Shown here: positions 51,106 to 64,000 of the stretch, piece after piece
Layout: every line of letters starts with the position of its first letter
How positions within the stretch are numbered: the first letter of the stretch is position 1
NCBI GenBank assembly: GCA_002189035.1
Contig: CM007990.1
Coordinates: 3,100,001 to 3,164,000, forward strand
Length of the DNA stretch: 64,000 bases
Direction: 5' to 3'
Origin: Utricularia gibba
Taxonomy: Eukaryota; Plantae; Magnoliophyta
The notes under the pieces: generated by a model
Databases searched by the model: none
What the model saw: the letters and a program-made list of their open reading frames with translations, nothing else
Told to the model about the DNA's origin: nothing
Translations under genes and position numbers: made by a program

Positions 51106-52501
51106 TGATAACACACATTTTTCCTGAAATTTATAACACAAAATAGCTATATTTTATTATGGTTTGAGTTAGATTAATATGGTTTTTAATGTTTTAGTGG
51201 TGTTTATGTTAATCTTGTGTGATTATGCTAAAAAGTGGACTGAATCCTTTGATTTGGTCCACAACTTTTGTTACTAATGTTTTAGTAAGTTTAGTAGGGA
51301 GATCAGCAGAAAATCAGACGTGCAAACGTGTGGAACAAGTGAAGAAGGGCGCAAAATCCGGAGAAGGACAAAGAGCACTGTTCTGCTGCTACTGCACACT
51401 GCAAGTTCAGAACAGGAACAGTACTGGCAATCAGAAACAATGCAATGGAGTGAAGTAAAAGAAAAGGAAATTAATTTGAAAAAAGAAGGAGAGCACGAAG
51501 AAGCGAACAGCAAGTGGACGCAAGGGGGTCTTCTTCCCCAAACGGGAGAAACACCAACCAGAGGGGAAAGGGAGGCCTTCATCATCAAGAACAGCACCGG
51601 AACCCAGTCCAGCACTACTGTTCCGGGCGGTGAATAGTAGCTAGCGGACGGAAAAACAATATCTATTAGCTTTTCGTTTTTCTGAACATTTCAAGTTTCT
51701 GCATTTGACTTGTTACAATGTTTCTGCCATTTAGGCCAGCTAATATGAATGAAATCATGTTTTATTTCCAAAGTATGAATGGTTAGAGTCTTAGGGATGC
51801 CTTAAGGTGAAGTGGGGTGGTATGTGCTTGGGTTGATGATGAAATTTAGTTATCTTCCTTAACTTTTGTTTCTAACAAACCATGGGTAGACCTAAGGAGG
51901 GAATCAAGTAATTTCACAACTTAGATACTTGGTTTAGAGGTAGACCAACAAACCAAGACGGGAGCAGTCGGTGTTAGTCCAGGATAGAACCAGTAGAACC
52001 GGGTAGACCTAGTTCTATATGCCTTGCATGCGGGTAGACTTAATTACAATGTGGGTTATGACATTGAGGACTAGCTTAAGCCAAAAATATGATGAATGGC
52101 CTGGGTAGACTTAGGTTATTTGAAGTTGTGAGTGTAGGAAGATAATAAATTAAGTTAGGAAGCTTAGCATAACACCACCCGCAGATCCTTAAAGCGTCCT
52201 CATATTAGTCTGAGTCAAAACCAGTACCTGTTACCTTAGCATAGAAACCTGACATTGTTTACCTACCTTGTTTACTGAACTTGTTTACCACTGTTAGTTC
52301 GAGCTTAGACTAAAACCTACTGTTATTTGAAATCTTGCATCTACTAAAATACTTAGCAAGCACAAGCTCTTCGTGATCGACCTCGATATCCACTATACAA
52401 GTTTTCCAAATTTGTATTTTGTGTAGATTAGGGATTATAAATTTATTTGATACGGATTTTCTATTTTATTTGCAACGATATTAGGAAAATTCCGTTTATC
52501 A
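51106..52501 (+). mobile_element. Solo LTR, family A copy 3 (1396 bp)
   Basis: tgataacacacattt...ccgtttatca; perfect TSD CCATT at 51101-51105 and 52502-52506. Joining the flanks restores a copy of the 5950-6525 repeat. Confidence 0.92.
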
Positions 52502-53969
52502 CCATTACTAGAATATAGATCCGAGGCCACTATTTTTTATTGTCTTGCACGAGTCTTTTCATTTATATGTTGAATTCTAGAATTCATCAACATCATTCAA
52601 AAGTTCCGAGTCATCATTTATCATTTTCATTTGCATTAAGAAAACTCAGAATTGACATTTTCATAATGAGATGAATTTATTTATTATTTTGATAACTTTA
52701 TAGACTTGTATGATTACCATGAGATAATATTTACAATTTTGAAAGAGAATCACATTCATTTTATTTCCAAAAATATCAAATTTGTATAAAAATTCAAAAT
52801 CCATAAAAAATAATTAGAAAATAGAGTATAATTTAGCTAAAAATGACCCTTAAAAGTGATGAAAAACACGTTTTAGAGTGATTCAAAATCAGTTATCAGA
52901 ATTCATTTATTATTTTGGTAATTTTATGCACTTATTGAATTCCCATAAATAATATTTGCAATTTTGAAAGAGAATCATATTTAAGAACGCATCACAAAAT
53001 TATAAGAATTCATGGTCAAAAGAGGCAAGAATTTTAAGTAGAAAAATTTTAAGGCAATGCTTGGAAAATAATTTATTCTCTATTTTTGTTTGGAAACGAA
53101 CTAACATCCAAATCCACTTCTCTTTGATGAAAATTGATTTTGAGATAGATTCTTAGTAAAATTGGAAAAAAGCAATGCATTTATTAGTGAAGAGGCGGTG
53201 CTTACCAGCAAAAGGCATTAGTAAACAAAATGACCTTTTATCGATTTATTATGCATATTTTTTTAGAAGCACTGCATACGCACGATACACTAACACCATG
53301 TTTACAAAAAATTATACCTATACAACTCAAATCTAACAAAAAAAAACAAAATTATTATATTTCAAAAAGTAATAACAGAATTCGTTTTTTACTTCGCACA
53401 TTTTGCATAGAAAGTAACCCATAAATTAAAATTAAAATAATAATTATAAAATTATTAAAAATGAATACTTACTTAATTTTTATTGAATAGATAGATAAGC
53501 TAATTTATTTATTTATTTATTTATTTATAGGATGTCCGCACTTCTAATTAATTTTTCTTTTCATTAGCAGTAATCAATAATAGTAAATAATAATACGCTG
53601 AGTTGCGGGAGAAAAGAATTATGATCGAGTGGGTCAATGACTTGTGTCTGTTTAACGGAATCAAAATCCAATTCAACAGAACAACTTGGAGGTGCAATAA
53701 AAATTCAGTGAATATTCATTTTTAGTTCAGTAAATAATGAATATATATATATGGCCGGGCGTACGACTTGATAATTTAAAAGCATAAAAATATACCTGAG
53801 ATGGCTTGAGTAACAAACTTGTATATTTAATGGCGTCACCTTGTGTCTTTAGGGGCAAAGGCACCGGAGGCTCATTAAGACTGTTTCCATAACTCTCTCT
53901 TTTATAGCATCACAAAAACTTGCATTAGTGCATACTAATCTACATGGTCTTTTGAACAGAGACTCACTA

Positions 53970-55150
53970 AGAGAGAGTTGGTATTTTTTTGACACTCATT
54001 GATATTTTCTCTTGCTATTCTCGAGTTCATTTATTGAAATTCAAGTTTGGTGTTTTTAAAATTTTTATGAAGGTTTGGGCTGAGAAAGAATATGCTCTCT
54101 ATGTAAAATGTTTTAGGTTTGAGAATAGGAGAGAGTTTTTTTCTTCTATATTTGTACGTTACCTTCAATAGGATGGTGTTCTTTGTCATTAAACAATAAC
54201 ACTCTCTGCATTTTCACAATGGTGTTAGAGAACAAAAAACAAAAGTATCATGACAATGGTAAGACGCTTGTTACTTAAGAAACATCTACCAACCTACTTC
54301 TGGGATAAGGCAATGACTACTATAGTTCATCTCCAAAATAGATTGCCAAAGTAGAGAGAACTATTAGAGGAAGGTGAGGTTGATGCTAGTAAAGTAGATG
54401 ATCCAACTTAGGCAAATGGAGAACAAATAGTATCTTCATCACCTGCATCTAAAATTTGATTTCTTTCTGGTTCAACATGAGGTGTTTGATGCTTATCCTC
54501 AACATTATCCTCTGGCCAATAGAGAGGTGAGATCAAAGTCACTTGATTTTGAAGGAATGCTCATTGATGTTGAAGGTTAAAGCCAATGAGTTTGGAAATT
54601 TGGCTGATCAATTTCATCAAACCTTACATTACAAGCAAGTCGCAGGCACTTGGCTAGGAGATTGAAAATTCTATACCTTTCTGATTTAAATTATTCAATA
54701 AAAATCCTTGCAAATCCCCTATTTGTGAGCTCAATTTGGTTGTCAAATGGTGTTTGATAGTGAACCACATATCCAAACACTTTCATATGATTACATAATG
54801 GAACCATACCTCTCCATGTCTAATAAATGTAATTCCATTAACTAGAGTTTCTGGTTCTTTCTTATGAACTACCAAATTTGATATGTTTATAAATATTAGA
54901 CAAAAATCTTTCTCAGAGGAAAAGCACTTCATATACCACACTAAAAACAGACTATACTCGAAGAAAAGCATACGAAGGTTCAAAATGAAAACCAATCCAA
55001 ATGGTAGGATACAAAGTTTCATGGCTAGAATCTTTGTAAAAGGATATTCCTGATTATGAAATGGACTATTTTGGCACCTTTGAACCCATTGCTCATTTTG
55101 ATACCATTCATCTAATTCTGTTGATTTCAGCACAAGGCAACCAATGTCAA
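53970..55150 (+). mobile_element. Degenerate Ty1/copia integrase and RT start
   Basis: TLIDIFSCYSRVHLLKFK..VFKIF...VKCFRFENRREF (integrase); KTNPNGRIQSFMARIFVKGYS...DYF.TFEPIA (RT). Confidence 0.7.
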
Positions 55151-58100
55151 TATTAAAAGTTAATTTTAGAATGTATAACACTATATCGAGGTCATTATTA
55201 TTAATGGTATAATTTAGTAGATCAATAATAATAATATGATAAACGTTATGTCAGTATACAAAAAAACTCAAAGGCATGATGTATAATATTTAATGAAATG
55301 TAGACCCATTATGTAAGAAATTGAAAACAATGTAGTCAAAATTATAATTATCTCAATCGGCATCTACTTTTTTAGGTGTGTGGGGTCAATCTAACATTCA
55401 AGCAACTCATCCTTTTGAAAGCACATGGACTACTTCATCTTAAATACTTAACTGAAGCATAATGAAGTGTAGGCAATTTAACTCAAAAGCATGAAGTTAT
55501 ATAAAAACAACTCGATAAAAACAATGTCTTTAACCTCTTGGTTGTTGAAGAACAGTAGATTGTTATAGGGAAAGAATTCCAATCTTCTTTTGCAGAGTAA
55601 ATGATCTTGTGGCTTGCATAAGCTTTTCATATTTTCAAGATGCTTTCAAATATTTCAATCTTTTATATTCATGATTTTATATAAATATTTTCATAGTAAA
55701 CATAGATGTTGATTTCGGCCAGGTTTTCATCTCATGAAGTCTCTTGGGTTTTACTCGTCTTAAATTCATGCAATTCACAGTCAATAATTTATTTGATTTG
55801 ATTGGTCTTATACACTATAAAAATACATAATGTAAACTTCTATCCGAAAAATCAAATTGGTATAAAAAAAGTAGCCCATAAAAATGATTAAATCCTAGAA
55901 GTTGGTAGATGGCAGTCTATAAATAGTACAAGTTATACTATTTTTACATAATATTCTCAAAACTTATGCAAGCAAGAGCCAGGCTTCAAGTTTAGTAAGC
56001 TAAATGATGATGGAGTCTAGATCAAAAGGTGTTGTTTTTCACTCATTTCTTTTCTAATTAATTTTTTTTTCAACACTTTGGCAATTACTCAACTTCTATT
56101 CCTTTTTTATTTTTCGTTGTTTCTTTTACAAAAATTCAAAATTATGATGAATTTGATTCTTCGCTGCACAAAATTTTGATCAAAATAATTGAAACTCTCC
56201 CAACAAATCAATACATTTAGAATTCTGAACTTGTGCATCCACACCCCCATATCATATGATAGATGACTCATTTAAAGTACAAAATCTCCTAATTTAGCAT
56301 ATCATGCTACTATTTCATCAAGTTTCTCAATTTCTTTCTTATTCAGCGATTCATTATGTATTTTAAGTATCATCTAGAATAGAAAGAGGAATAGGGATGT
56401 GATTTTACCAACAATATGAATGTGGCCAATCAACTTTTTGAATCTAAAATCTCATAAAAGTTATCCACGTATTAGTCATCCCACTAAGTTGGTCAAGTGG
56501 CTTTATACTCCAAATGTGAAAGCCAATCAAATGCATTTTATACTTATTTTCTGTGTATGAGTTTGATCCATTGACTCTTCTAAAACTGTCAATGGGATAG
56601 TGAAAGTTATATCTGTGGAGGACGATGATATAATATAAGCTCATGAAAATGCTTCCAATTTTATTAATGAAACAGCAAATGAATAGTGCTTGTGATTTTA
56701 TTATATAAAGTTTCACTATGCATTTTCATGAATTTAAATAAGATGATCTCTTTTTATAGTAGGTTGATGTGTATTTTAATATATTTTTGGTGATTTTCTT
56801 TAATATTCTAAGGTTAAAGATTTTTTCCGAAAAAAGCAATAAATGAGGCAAACAACTACAAAAATAAATAAATAAATAAACAAGAAAACTCCTACCGTTC
56901 TCAAAGAATATTAGAAAGTGATGTTGGGAAGATTTAATGATATCTCAAGATCCATGCACCATGAAACTTGATGACATTCAAAATGCCCATAGCATTAAAT
57001 CCTTGTAGTCCAAGCAAATATTTGAAATGCCCAAAGCAAGCAGTCCCAAAGACTACTAGCACAAACAAATTACCTCCCGCAACGAGTCCCACTCTCATTA
57101 GGCATATCCTCCTCATCCTTGAGGATGGCTTCAAGCCACAAAATAATTAAGCTCTCAACTAAGCCAGTTGCAGTCTGGAGCTCAAAGGATTAGTGTTGTT
57201 AGAGATCTAAAAATATCCCTTTATATTATTCCAAAAAGGAAAGGGCCACTAATGTCGTCCTGCACAAGGTACCTAAGAGAAACAAAGGATTTGTTCGACA
57301 TAAAAACACCATGTTTTGTTGCAATTTAGGTTTTTATGTGTGATTTTTAATATTTTAGTGGAATTTATGTCATAGGGTTCCTCTACCTGCCTTATAAGAT
57401 GATGAGCATTGATGCTCCATCGATAAGGAGGGGCAAGAGAGATTTTGTGCCCAACAATAGGATGCAAGAGTCATTCCTCCTGATCATTCATTGGTGTATG
57501 CTTCTTTGTCTATTGGGAACTCAATAAAGCACACAACACTTGATAAATCAAGACTGCACGGTCCAATTTAAATGTGGTGGTCATTTTCCTAAAGAAAGAA
57601 GAAAATCAAGCCACCTCTAAGATAATGTTAGAGATGCCTACATTGAAGCATGACAAAAAGGAATAAGTCCTCTCTTGTACAGAAATTTTATGTTTTGATA
57701 TATAATAAAAGAGAAGAAATCAAAGATTTCTTTTTGGACATTGGGCAAACCTAGTTTTTGGATGAGGGGGCGAAAACTTCATAGAAAAGGAAGTCTCTAT
57801 CAATCATGACCCAAATATAATTCTCTGAGTACATTCAAAGGTCATGATCATATGCCTTCTTATCACAAGAAGGCCTAATGCCCCTTCCTAATCTAACGTC
57901 CTACTTAAACCTCAAACAGCAGAAAGAGAAGGCGAAAACAAGGCTTATTCTAAAGTTGATTAATGGAAACATAAAACATATATAAAGCCAAGATGCCAAA
58001 ACATGATAACATGATGAAGAGTACAATCAAGCCTTAACCAAAGACACACTGAGCAAGTTACCCAAAAACACGTTTAGTATAGGTCTGCCTATGGATACCT

Positions 58101-60191
58101 AGCCAGTGCAACATGCATCTTCTTTACCCAATGTTACATAGTTTTCAAAAGAACTCGAATACCTTACAAACCGATAACATACTACAAAGTTACGTATGCC
58201 TAAGCAAGCCCAGTCGATCAACTCCATAGCAGCCATGGATCTTGTCCTAAACCTCCTCCCATTGACTACTAGCCCTTGAAATATAATAAGTGGTAATGGT
58301 CATGAAATTCAAAACAAAGAGACATGAAACATAGTTTAAAGATAGAAAAGCAGAAATGAGAGCTACCAAGAAAGCGTGCTAAGCACATAAGGTAAGTCCA
58401 TGACCTATCTTCTCATTATCGTGCAATGGTCATGCTTTAATATACCCAATGACCATTGATTGCTACCTCAGAAATTAGGTAGAAGAAGTGAAAGTTAATT
58501 CTACCTTTTTGAATCGGTGAAAGGGATACCACTCCCTTCCCCAATACAGTATGACATAAGCTTGATTCAGTCTCCATGGTTTCAATCATGTGACCTCCTT
58601 TCTCAGATATTCCATTCCTCAATTCGAGTTGTCGCAGACATACCTGACGTATGATAGTCTGCATCCACAACCCCCCTCATAATTTTCTATCACAATGTAT
58701 CATGAATACACCAAGTAGATAACATGTGCACAAACTAGCAGAATTAAAACAAAATCCCAAAAAAGTCATATACATTATGAAAATCCTTGATTCATATCAT
58801 GTTTGGAAGCTAAAAGGAAGGGTTTTCATTTCAAATAAAAATGTAAAAAAGATTTTACAATAAAATATATGAATTTTTCTTTTTGGAAGTAAAACCAAAT
58901 TATTTGAAGAATCACGTCACGATAATATTTTTGTAAAAATTATATCTCCTTCCCCAAACATTGAAAAAAACCATTAGTTTTATTTTGGAAACTAGACATG
59001 TAAAATTACAAAAATGATGAATACTAATCAATGAAAAGACTAGACATTAAATAAGAAAAATCACATAGAATACACATGTAGCCAAAGGATTTCAAAGAAA
59101 GAAATTATGATCATCATGGACAATCATCCTGTTTACCTCTATTTATCTGTAGTTTCAACTCTTATAGAGTCTTTCCTTATATTTCAAGGATGTTTCCATA
59201 AAACCCCATCATTTTTAGATTAGTACTTAATCATTTAAGTTAGATGGAAACTCCACCACTTCCACTATTGCCAAGCTGACCAAGTTATGTACTTCATTTC
59301 CTTCCCTCTACCTCTTTACCCAGTTTAACCCCTGAAACGCAGTATCAACCTCTTTCACTACATCAAATAAGTCACAGGGGTGAAATACATGAACTTTAGA
59401 ACCCATTAACACTACGCATCCGACATCATAACCGAACAACTTACCCACTATATTCATTCTATCTACTATGTGTTTGCTACTTTTCTTTCATTCTTTCTCA
59501 TTTCTCCTCCACTTCCTTCTTATTAGATCGACTTTTTCATTTGATTCTAATACTTCTCCCTTGCTTTCACCGATACGATCATGGGTTTTTTCAATCAAAT
59601 GGCTATCTCTCATCTATCTTTCACAAATTTGTGTATTTTTTTTTAGTTTTATAAAAACCAAATCTTCAAAATTACTAAAAACCAAATCAATTCTTTTTTT
59701 TTTTTCTCAAATGTTTTGATAGTGAAAACTTTATTATGTATAGAACAACGTTTTTCCGGGTTAATTTATTTTCCTCTTTTATGATTTCTACAAATCTTCA
59801 AAATTACTTAATGTCACGGGAATCCCCTTAAAAACAACTATAATCGATAAATTCCATAACAAGATGGAATAATTTTAATTGTTTGTGTAACTCTTCATTA
59901 ATTTTAAACCGAGGTACCAAATGATTCATAAAATAAACTCTAATAACTCTAATGTATATATCGAAGCTTTATGTTTTAAATCCACGAATCTTGTTTAAAG
60001 TTACTTTAAATAAATTAAAGTCGGATTAAATGCAAACCCAAATATTAAGGGACTTCAAATAAATTGAAGTCAGACTCGTGGTACACATCGTAAATTGAGA
60101 AAAAACAGGAGGTTGATATGGTAATTAAACCACCAATACACCGAAGTACCTGCACCCCACCCAGGAGAGAGGTCTTCTGGAAGGTAATAAG

Positions 60192-60328
60192 CACGTGATT
60201 GTCGTGGTGATGGTCCCCACAAACCCCCACCACACCTAATTGCTTATATTATATATTTCAATAACCACACATTCTTCCTCGTGCCTTTTTAATTCGGAAT
60301 GCGACGATTCACAGACGGCTATATAAAA
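60192..60328 (+). promoter_or_regulatory. JAZ promoter: G-box and TATA box
   Basis: CACGTG at 60192-60197 (MYC2-type site) and TATATAAAA at 60320-60328, about 60 nt before the ATG. Confidence 0.7.
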
Positions 60329-60387
60329 GGTCTTCGCCCGGTTCCGTGCAAATCCTCCGATAAGTTTTTATCTTGAAGTAAAGAGAT

Positions 60388-61095
60388 ATGGCTTCTTCCG
60401 AAAGAATGGATAGATCTAGATTCTCCCGCACTTGTTCCCTTTTGAGCCAATACTTGAAGGACAACGGTGGTTTCGGAGACCTCACCGTGGGCCTGCTTTC
60501 CCCGGCAGAGAATCGAGGTATGCGGTTGTAGTTATTTCCTATATTTTTCGCCCTTTTTCTGATTTTGTGATATGTTTTTCCGAGTAGGGACTTTGGATTT
60601 GTTGACCACGATCGAGAAACCCGCGGGCGGGGGCGTGGAGGAAAGAGCGCCTTTCACGATATTTTACGCCGGTAGAGTTTTTGCGTTCGACGACTTTCCG
60701 GCGGAGAAAGCAAATGAAATCATGAAGTTGGCCGGACAAGTCGGTTCCGCAGACAACCGGGCGGAGCCCCCCTCTACCTCCCCTATATCTACCCTCCGGT
60801 AAACACTTGTTCGAATGTTTTCTCTCGCGAACTGCATCTAAATTGAGAGAGGGATATGAAGCGTTCATTTTTCCTGCAGATTTGCCGATGGCCAGAAAGC
60901 ATTCGCTAGTCAGGTTCCTCGCAAAGAGAAAAGACCGGTAACTAAAATCAGTTTGTTTATTGAACCGGAAATATGTATTAATTAACATAATGATTTATTG
61001 TTATTTTTGGTAGAAATTTGGCACTGGCGCCGTACTCATGCAGCAAGAAGCCGCCGGCCAAAGCCGAGCCCTGGCTGGGACTGGGCCCACTTTGA
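60388..61095 (+). CDS. JAZ: JAZ/TIFY jasmonate-signalling repressor (JAZ1/2-like); ~159 aa if one base is removed from exon 2
   Basis: Exons 60388-60517, 60588-60798, 60880-60937, 61014-61095. NT domain SRFSRTCSLLSQYLKDNGGFGDL; ZIM domain FTIFYAGRVFAFDDFPAEKANEIMKLA; Jas DLPMARKHSLVRFLAKRKDR|...APY; C-terminal WLGLG. The exon 2/3 phase mismatch is fixed by deleting one C from C6 at 60767-60772. Confidence 0.9.
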
Positions 61096-62372
61096 TTTTT
61101 GAATTTCAATTTCCCCAAGTTTTGGTGTGTAAGATCGTTCCGAGAAGGTTCGGTAATGCATAATTAACAGGTGATTACACATTTAATGCATTTTAGTTGA
61201 CTATTCCGTTTCCGTGTGTAACGTAGAAGTGTGCAAGTTTGAAGCTTCCACCGGGCCAGCAGCAGACGTGTCGACAAAGAAACGCGTGTTTGTCTGCTGC
61301 CTATCAAATGGGTTGTTAATTATGTCCATTAGCAACAAAGAATACGTCACCGGATAACTATACGAATAATAATTGAAGTACACCAAGTCCATACGGAACT
61401 GCAGGAAAACAAAACAATAAATACTCAATTCTGAATACTTTTTTTTTTTGATTGGGATGCAAGAGAGGGTAGATGCGTCCGCCGGATGAGACAAAGTTGC
61501 GACGCGTGTCCGCATGGAGCACATTTTCCTTGTGTTCCTAAACTCCGTTTCTTCAATTATACTTCTCCACTTGGCACCATATATATGTGAATTACTTATG
61601 AATGATAAGCGGATTAATTACGTAGAAATTGCTTTTATTTTTCCTAATTATAAAATCAATTTTTTAAAAATTATAATTTATTCTCATTATTTAAACAAAT
61701 TGATATAAACTATTGTTTTAATATCGAACAACAGTGATGCATATTATTTAAAAAATAAATACTTTTTAACTTTTACTACTTCAAAAAGTAGACACCAAGG
61801 CAGGCTCCCTCACTGGCCCACGCCTCACAAAGCTTACTTAGGTCTTCCCGACCGGATGTTTCCTGCACCGCTCGCCCGCACAGTCGTACCTCAGAGTACA
61901 ACTCCAACCCACGCTCAAACGCTCGCAAGCCCAGCACACGCCTAGTCCGAGTCCACCACACCTCCAAGCCCATGCAGCCACACCTGACCCAATGTAGGCC
62001 TAATCCATCACAACCCATTGCTATCCATCCCCATAAACCTGTCAACCCATCATAGTGGGGCCGCCCACAACTTGCTTCCACCATTGATCAACCCAATGCA
62101 ATGCTTCATTTATTGTCTATCCAACATAAATGTTAATTGGGATATTGGTTGTAAGTGAAAATTTCCGAAAATATCATTTATGGATAATGTATTATATTCG
62201 ATATTAATTTTTGAAATTCTATAAAGTAGATAGTAATGATTCATATATTTTAGAAGAGCTTTTAGCATCACATATGGATTGATAGTTCTTATCCAAGTGA
62301 TGATGAAGAGTGAAACCAACATTACGGACTGTTCTAAGTAGCGCTTCCATAACTACCAAATCTCTTGAACCT

Positions 62373-62515
62373 AGGGTTGAAATGAGTTGAACTGAGCTGA
62401 GCTATAGCATGCTCTAGCTTGGCTAATTCCCAAAAATATCAAGCTTGAGCTCGAGCTCAAGTACTTCACGCAAGCCTAGCAACTTGTGATAAAACTCAGC
62501 TCATTCGAGCTTATG
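62373..62515 (+). mobile_element. Possible non-autonomous hAT end fragment
   Basis: Starts tagggttgaaatgag with clustered gagct/ctcgag repeats typical of hAT subtermini; no matching second TIR seen. Confidence 0.35.
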
Positions 62516-62531
62516 TTGGGATTAGCAAAAA

Positions 62532-64000
62532 TGTATGAATAAAAATGATTCTATGAACAAGACAAAGCTATGAACACCAAACAAGCCCATAGTTTTTCAC
62601 TATTCCATATGTATTTATAGAAGTATTTATCCTTGACATAACTATTGTAATTATAACACTACCCTTTATCATAATCCAACACCACCTCTCAAACGAAGCA
62701 CATTGTGAGTGAGAAGTTTGGATTTCAAAGACTCGAATCGAGGTTGCCTGAGAGCTTTTGTGAAGAAGTTCACAATTGAGTTTTTGAGCAAACATAACTC
62801 AACTTGATTTCACCATCTTGTAGTCTTTCTCTGACGAAGTGATGATCAATTTCAATATGTTTCGTTTGATCGTGGAAGATGGGATTTAATTCAATAGCTA
62901 TTGTACTTTTGTTGTCACATAAAATTTTTGACTTGCCATGAAAACCCAAAAGAAAGTCAAGAATTTTTTTGATCCAAACAACCTCTGCAACGGTGGTAAC
63001 CAAGGCTCTATACTCTTGCTTCATTACTTAAATTTGCAATTGTTCTCTGCTTACAACTTTTCCAACCAATCAAGCTACTACCAAAATATACCCAATATCC
63101 GGTTACTGATCTTCGAGTGCAAGAATCTGCAGCCCAATTAGAGTCACAAATGGACACTACAGAATCCAAAGAGAGGTTAGTTGAATCATCTCTGTGGAAG
63201 GTTAATCCCTCTCTAAGACTACCTTTAACATATCTTAGAATTCTTTTCAACATAGCAAAGTGATGTCATGTTACTTGATGCATATATTGACAGATTTGAT
63301 TAACACTATATGTAATGTCTGGTCTGATCAGAGTCAAGTACTATAAACCTCCAGCTAATGCACGAAAAAGTTCAAGAGTAGTCATAGGATCATGTTGCTC
63401 ATCAGTTAGGGGAGAGCAAGAAGCAGACATAGGAGTAGGTGCTGCTTTGCATTCCAACATCTCTGCCCTTTTCAATAAATTAGAAGCATATTTAGTATGA
63501 TGAATTGAAAGAGTATCCTTATCCCGTTGAGTTTCCAATCTAAGAAAATAATTGGGTGAGCCAAGATCTGTCATTCAAAACCTCCCTTCTAGTAGCTTCT
63601 TTAATTTGATAATCAGAGAAGATGAATTTCCAGTGATGATATTGTCATCCACATACAAAAGAAGAATAATAATTTTACTATCTTTCTTATAGAGAAATAG
63701 GGAATGATCACCACTGGCCTGTGTAAATCCAAGGTCAAGATCACATGACTGAAACCTAAGAAACCAAGTCCTAGGTGCTTGTTCAACCTGTAAATTGAGT
63801 GTTTGCAAACAAAACGTTGAGGATCACCTTCAGTAAATCCCTCAGGTTGCTCCATTTATACTTCCTCAGCTAATTCTTCGTGCAAGAAAGCATTCTTTAC
63901 ATCAAGTTGATGTAAAGGCCAATTATTGTGAAGTACAATCTGAAAGATTATCCTAGTTGTAATAATCTTCACTACTAGGCTGAAGGTTTCATCAAAATCA
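62532..64000 (-). mobile_element. Ty1/copia element (short-LTR, Ale/Retrofit-like): RT and RNase H remnants plus 150-bp 3' LTR; continues beyond the window
   Basis: RT LDVKNAFLH..L.EEVYMEQPEGF, LLYVDDNIITG, DLGSPNYFL; RNase H CDSNWAADSCTRRSVTGY, CDNKSTIAI..NPIFHDQTKHIEIDHHFVRE. PPT ttgagaggtgg is followed by an LTR at 62681-62532 (TG...CA, ctataaata). Frameshifted. Confidence 0.9.

Noticed and set aside
56900-58700. Possible MULE Ulp1/DUF1985-like remnant and LTR-like sequence
   Set aside because: Only a weak FGTACFGHF-type resemblance, which is not enough support.
61201-61524. 107-aa minus-strand ORF as a protein-coding gene
   Set aside because: It runs through an A11 tract and intron-like sequence and has no family similarity; kept only as a regulatory or antisense candidate.

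Overview
AT-rich plant (probably eudicot) nuclear DNA containing three recognisable host genes separated by a large, nested transposon region. (1) 261-1228 (+): intronless SURF6/RRP14 ribosome-biogenesis gene, split by a 1-nt frameshift in a G run. (2) 9784-15362 (-): complete 14-exon class-A auxin response factor of the ARF7/ARF19 clade (1074 aa), with two uORFs in its putative leader. (3) 60388-61095 (+): compact JAZ/TIFY repressor gene whose Jas-degron exon is out of frame unless one C is removed from a C6 run. Between them lie decayed Ty1/copia and CRM-like Ty3 internal regions, three TSD-flanked solo LTRs of one family, a ~557-bp inverted LTR repeat, hAT remnants and a probable mitochondrial insertion. 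There is also a full-length but inactivated PIF/Harbinger element (perfect 23-bp TIRs, an internal hairpin array and a G-rich minisatellite) and Mutator-type transposase and Plant Mobile Domain pseudogenes. A copia element runs off the right edge. No rRNA, tRNA or CRISPR array is supported. All alignments, identities and family assignments were made by eye and no searches were run. The two homopolymer frameshifts may be assembly errors.
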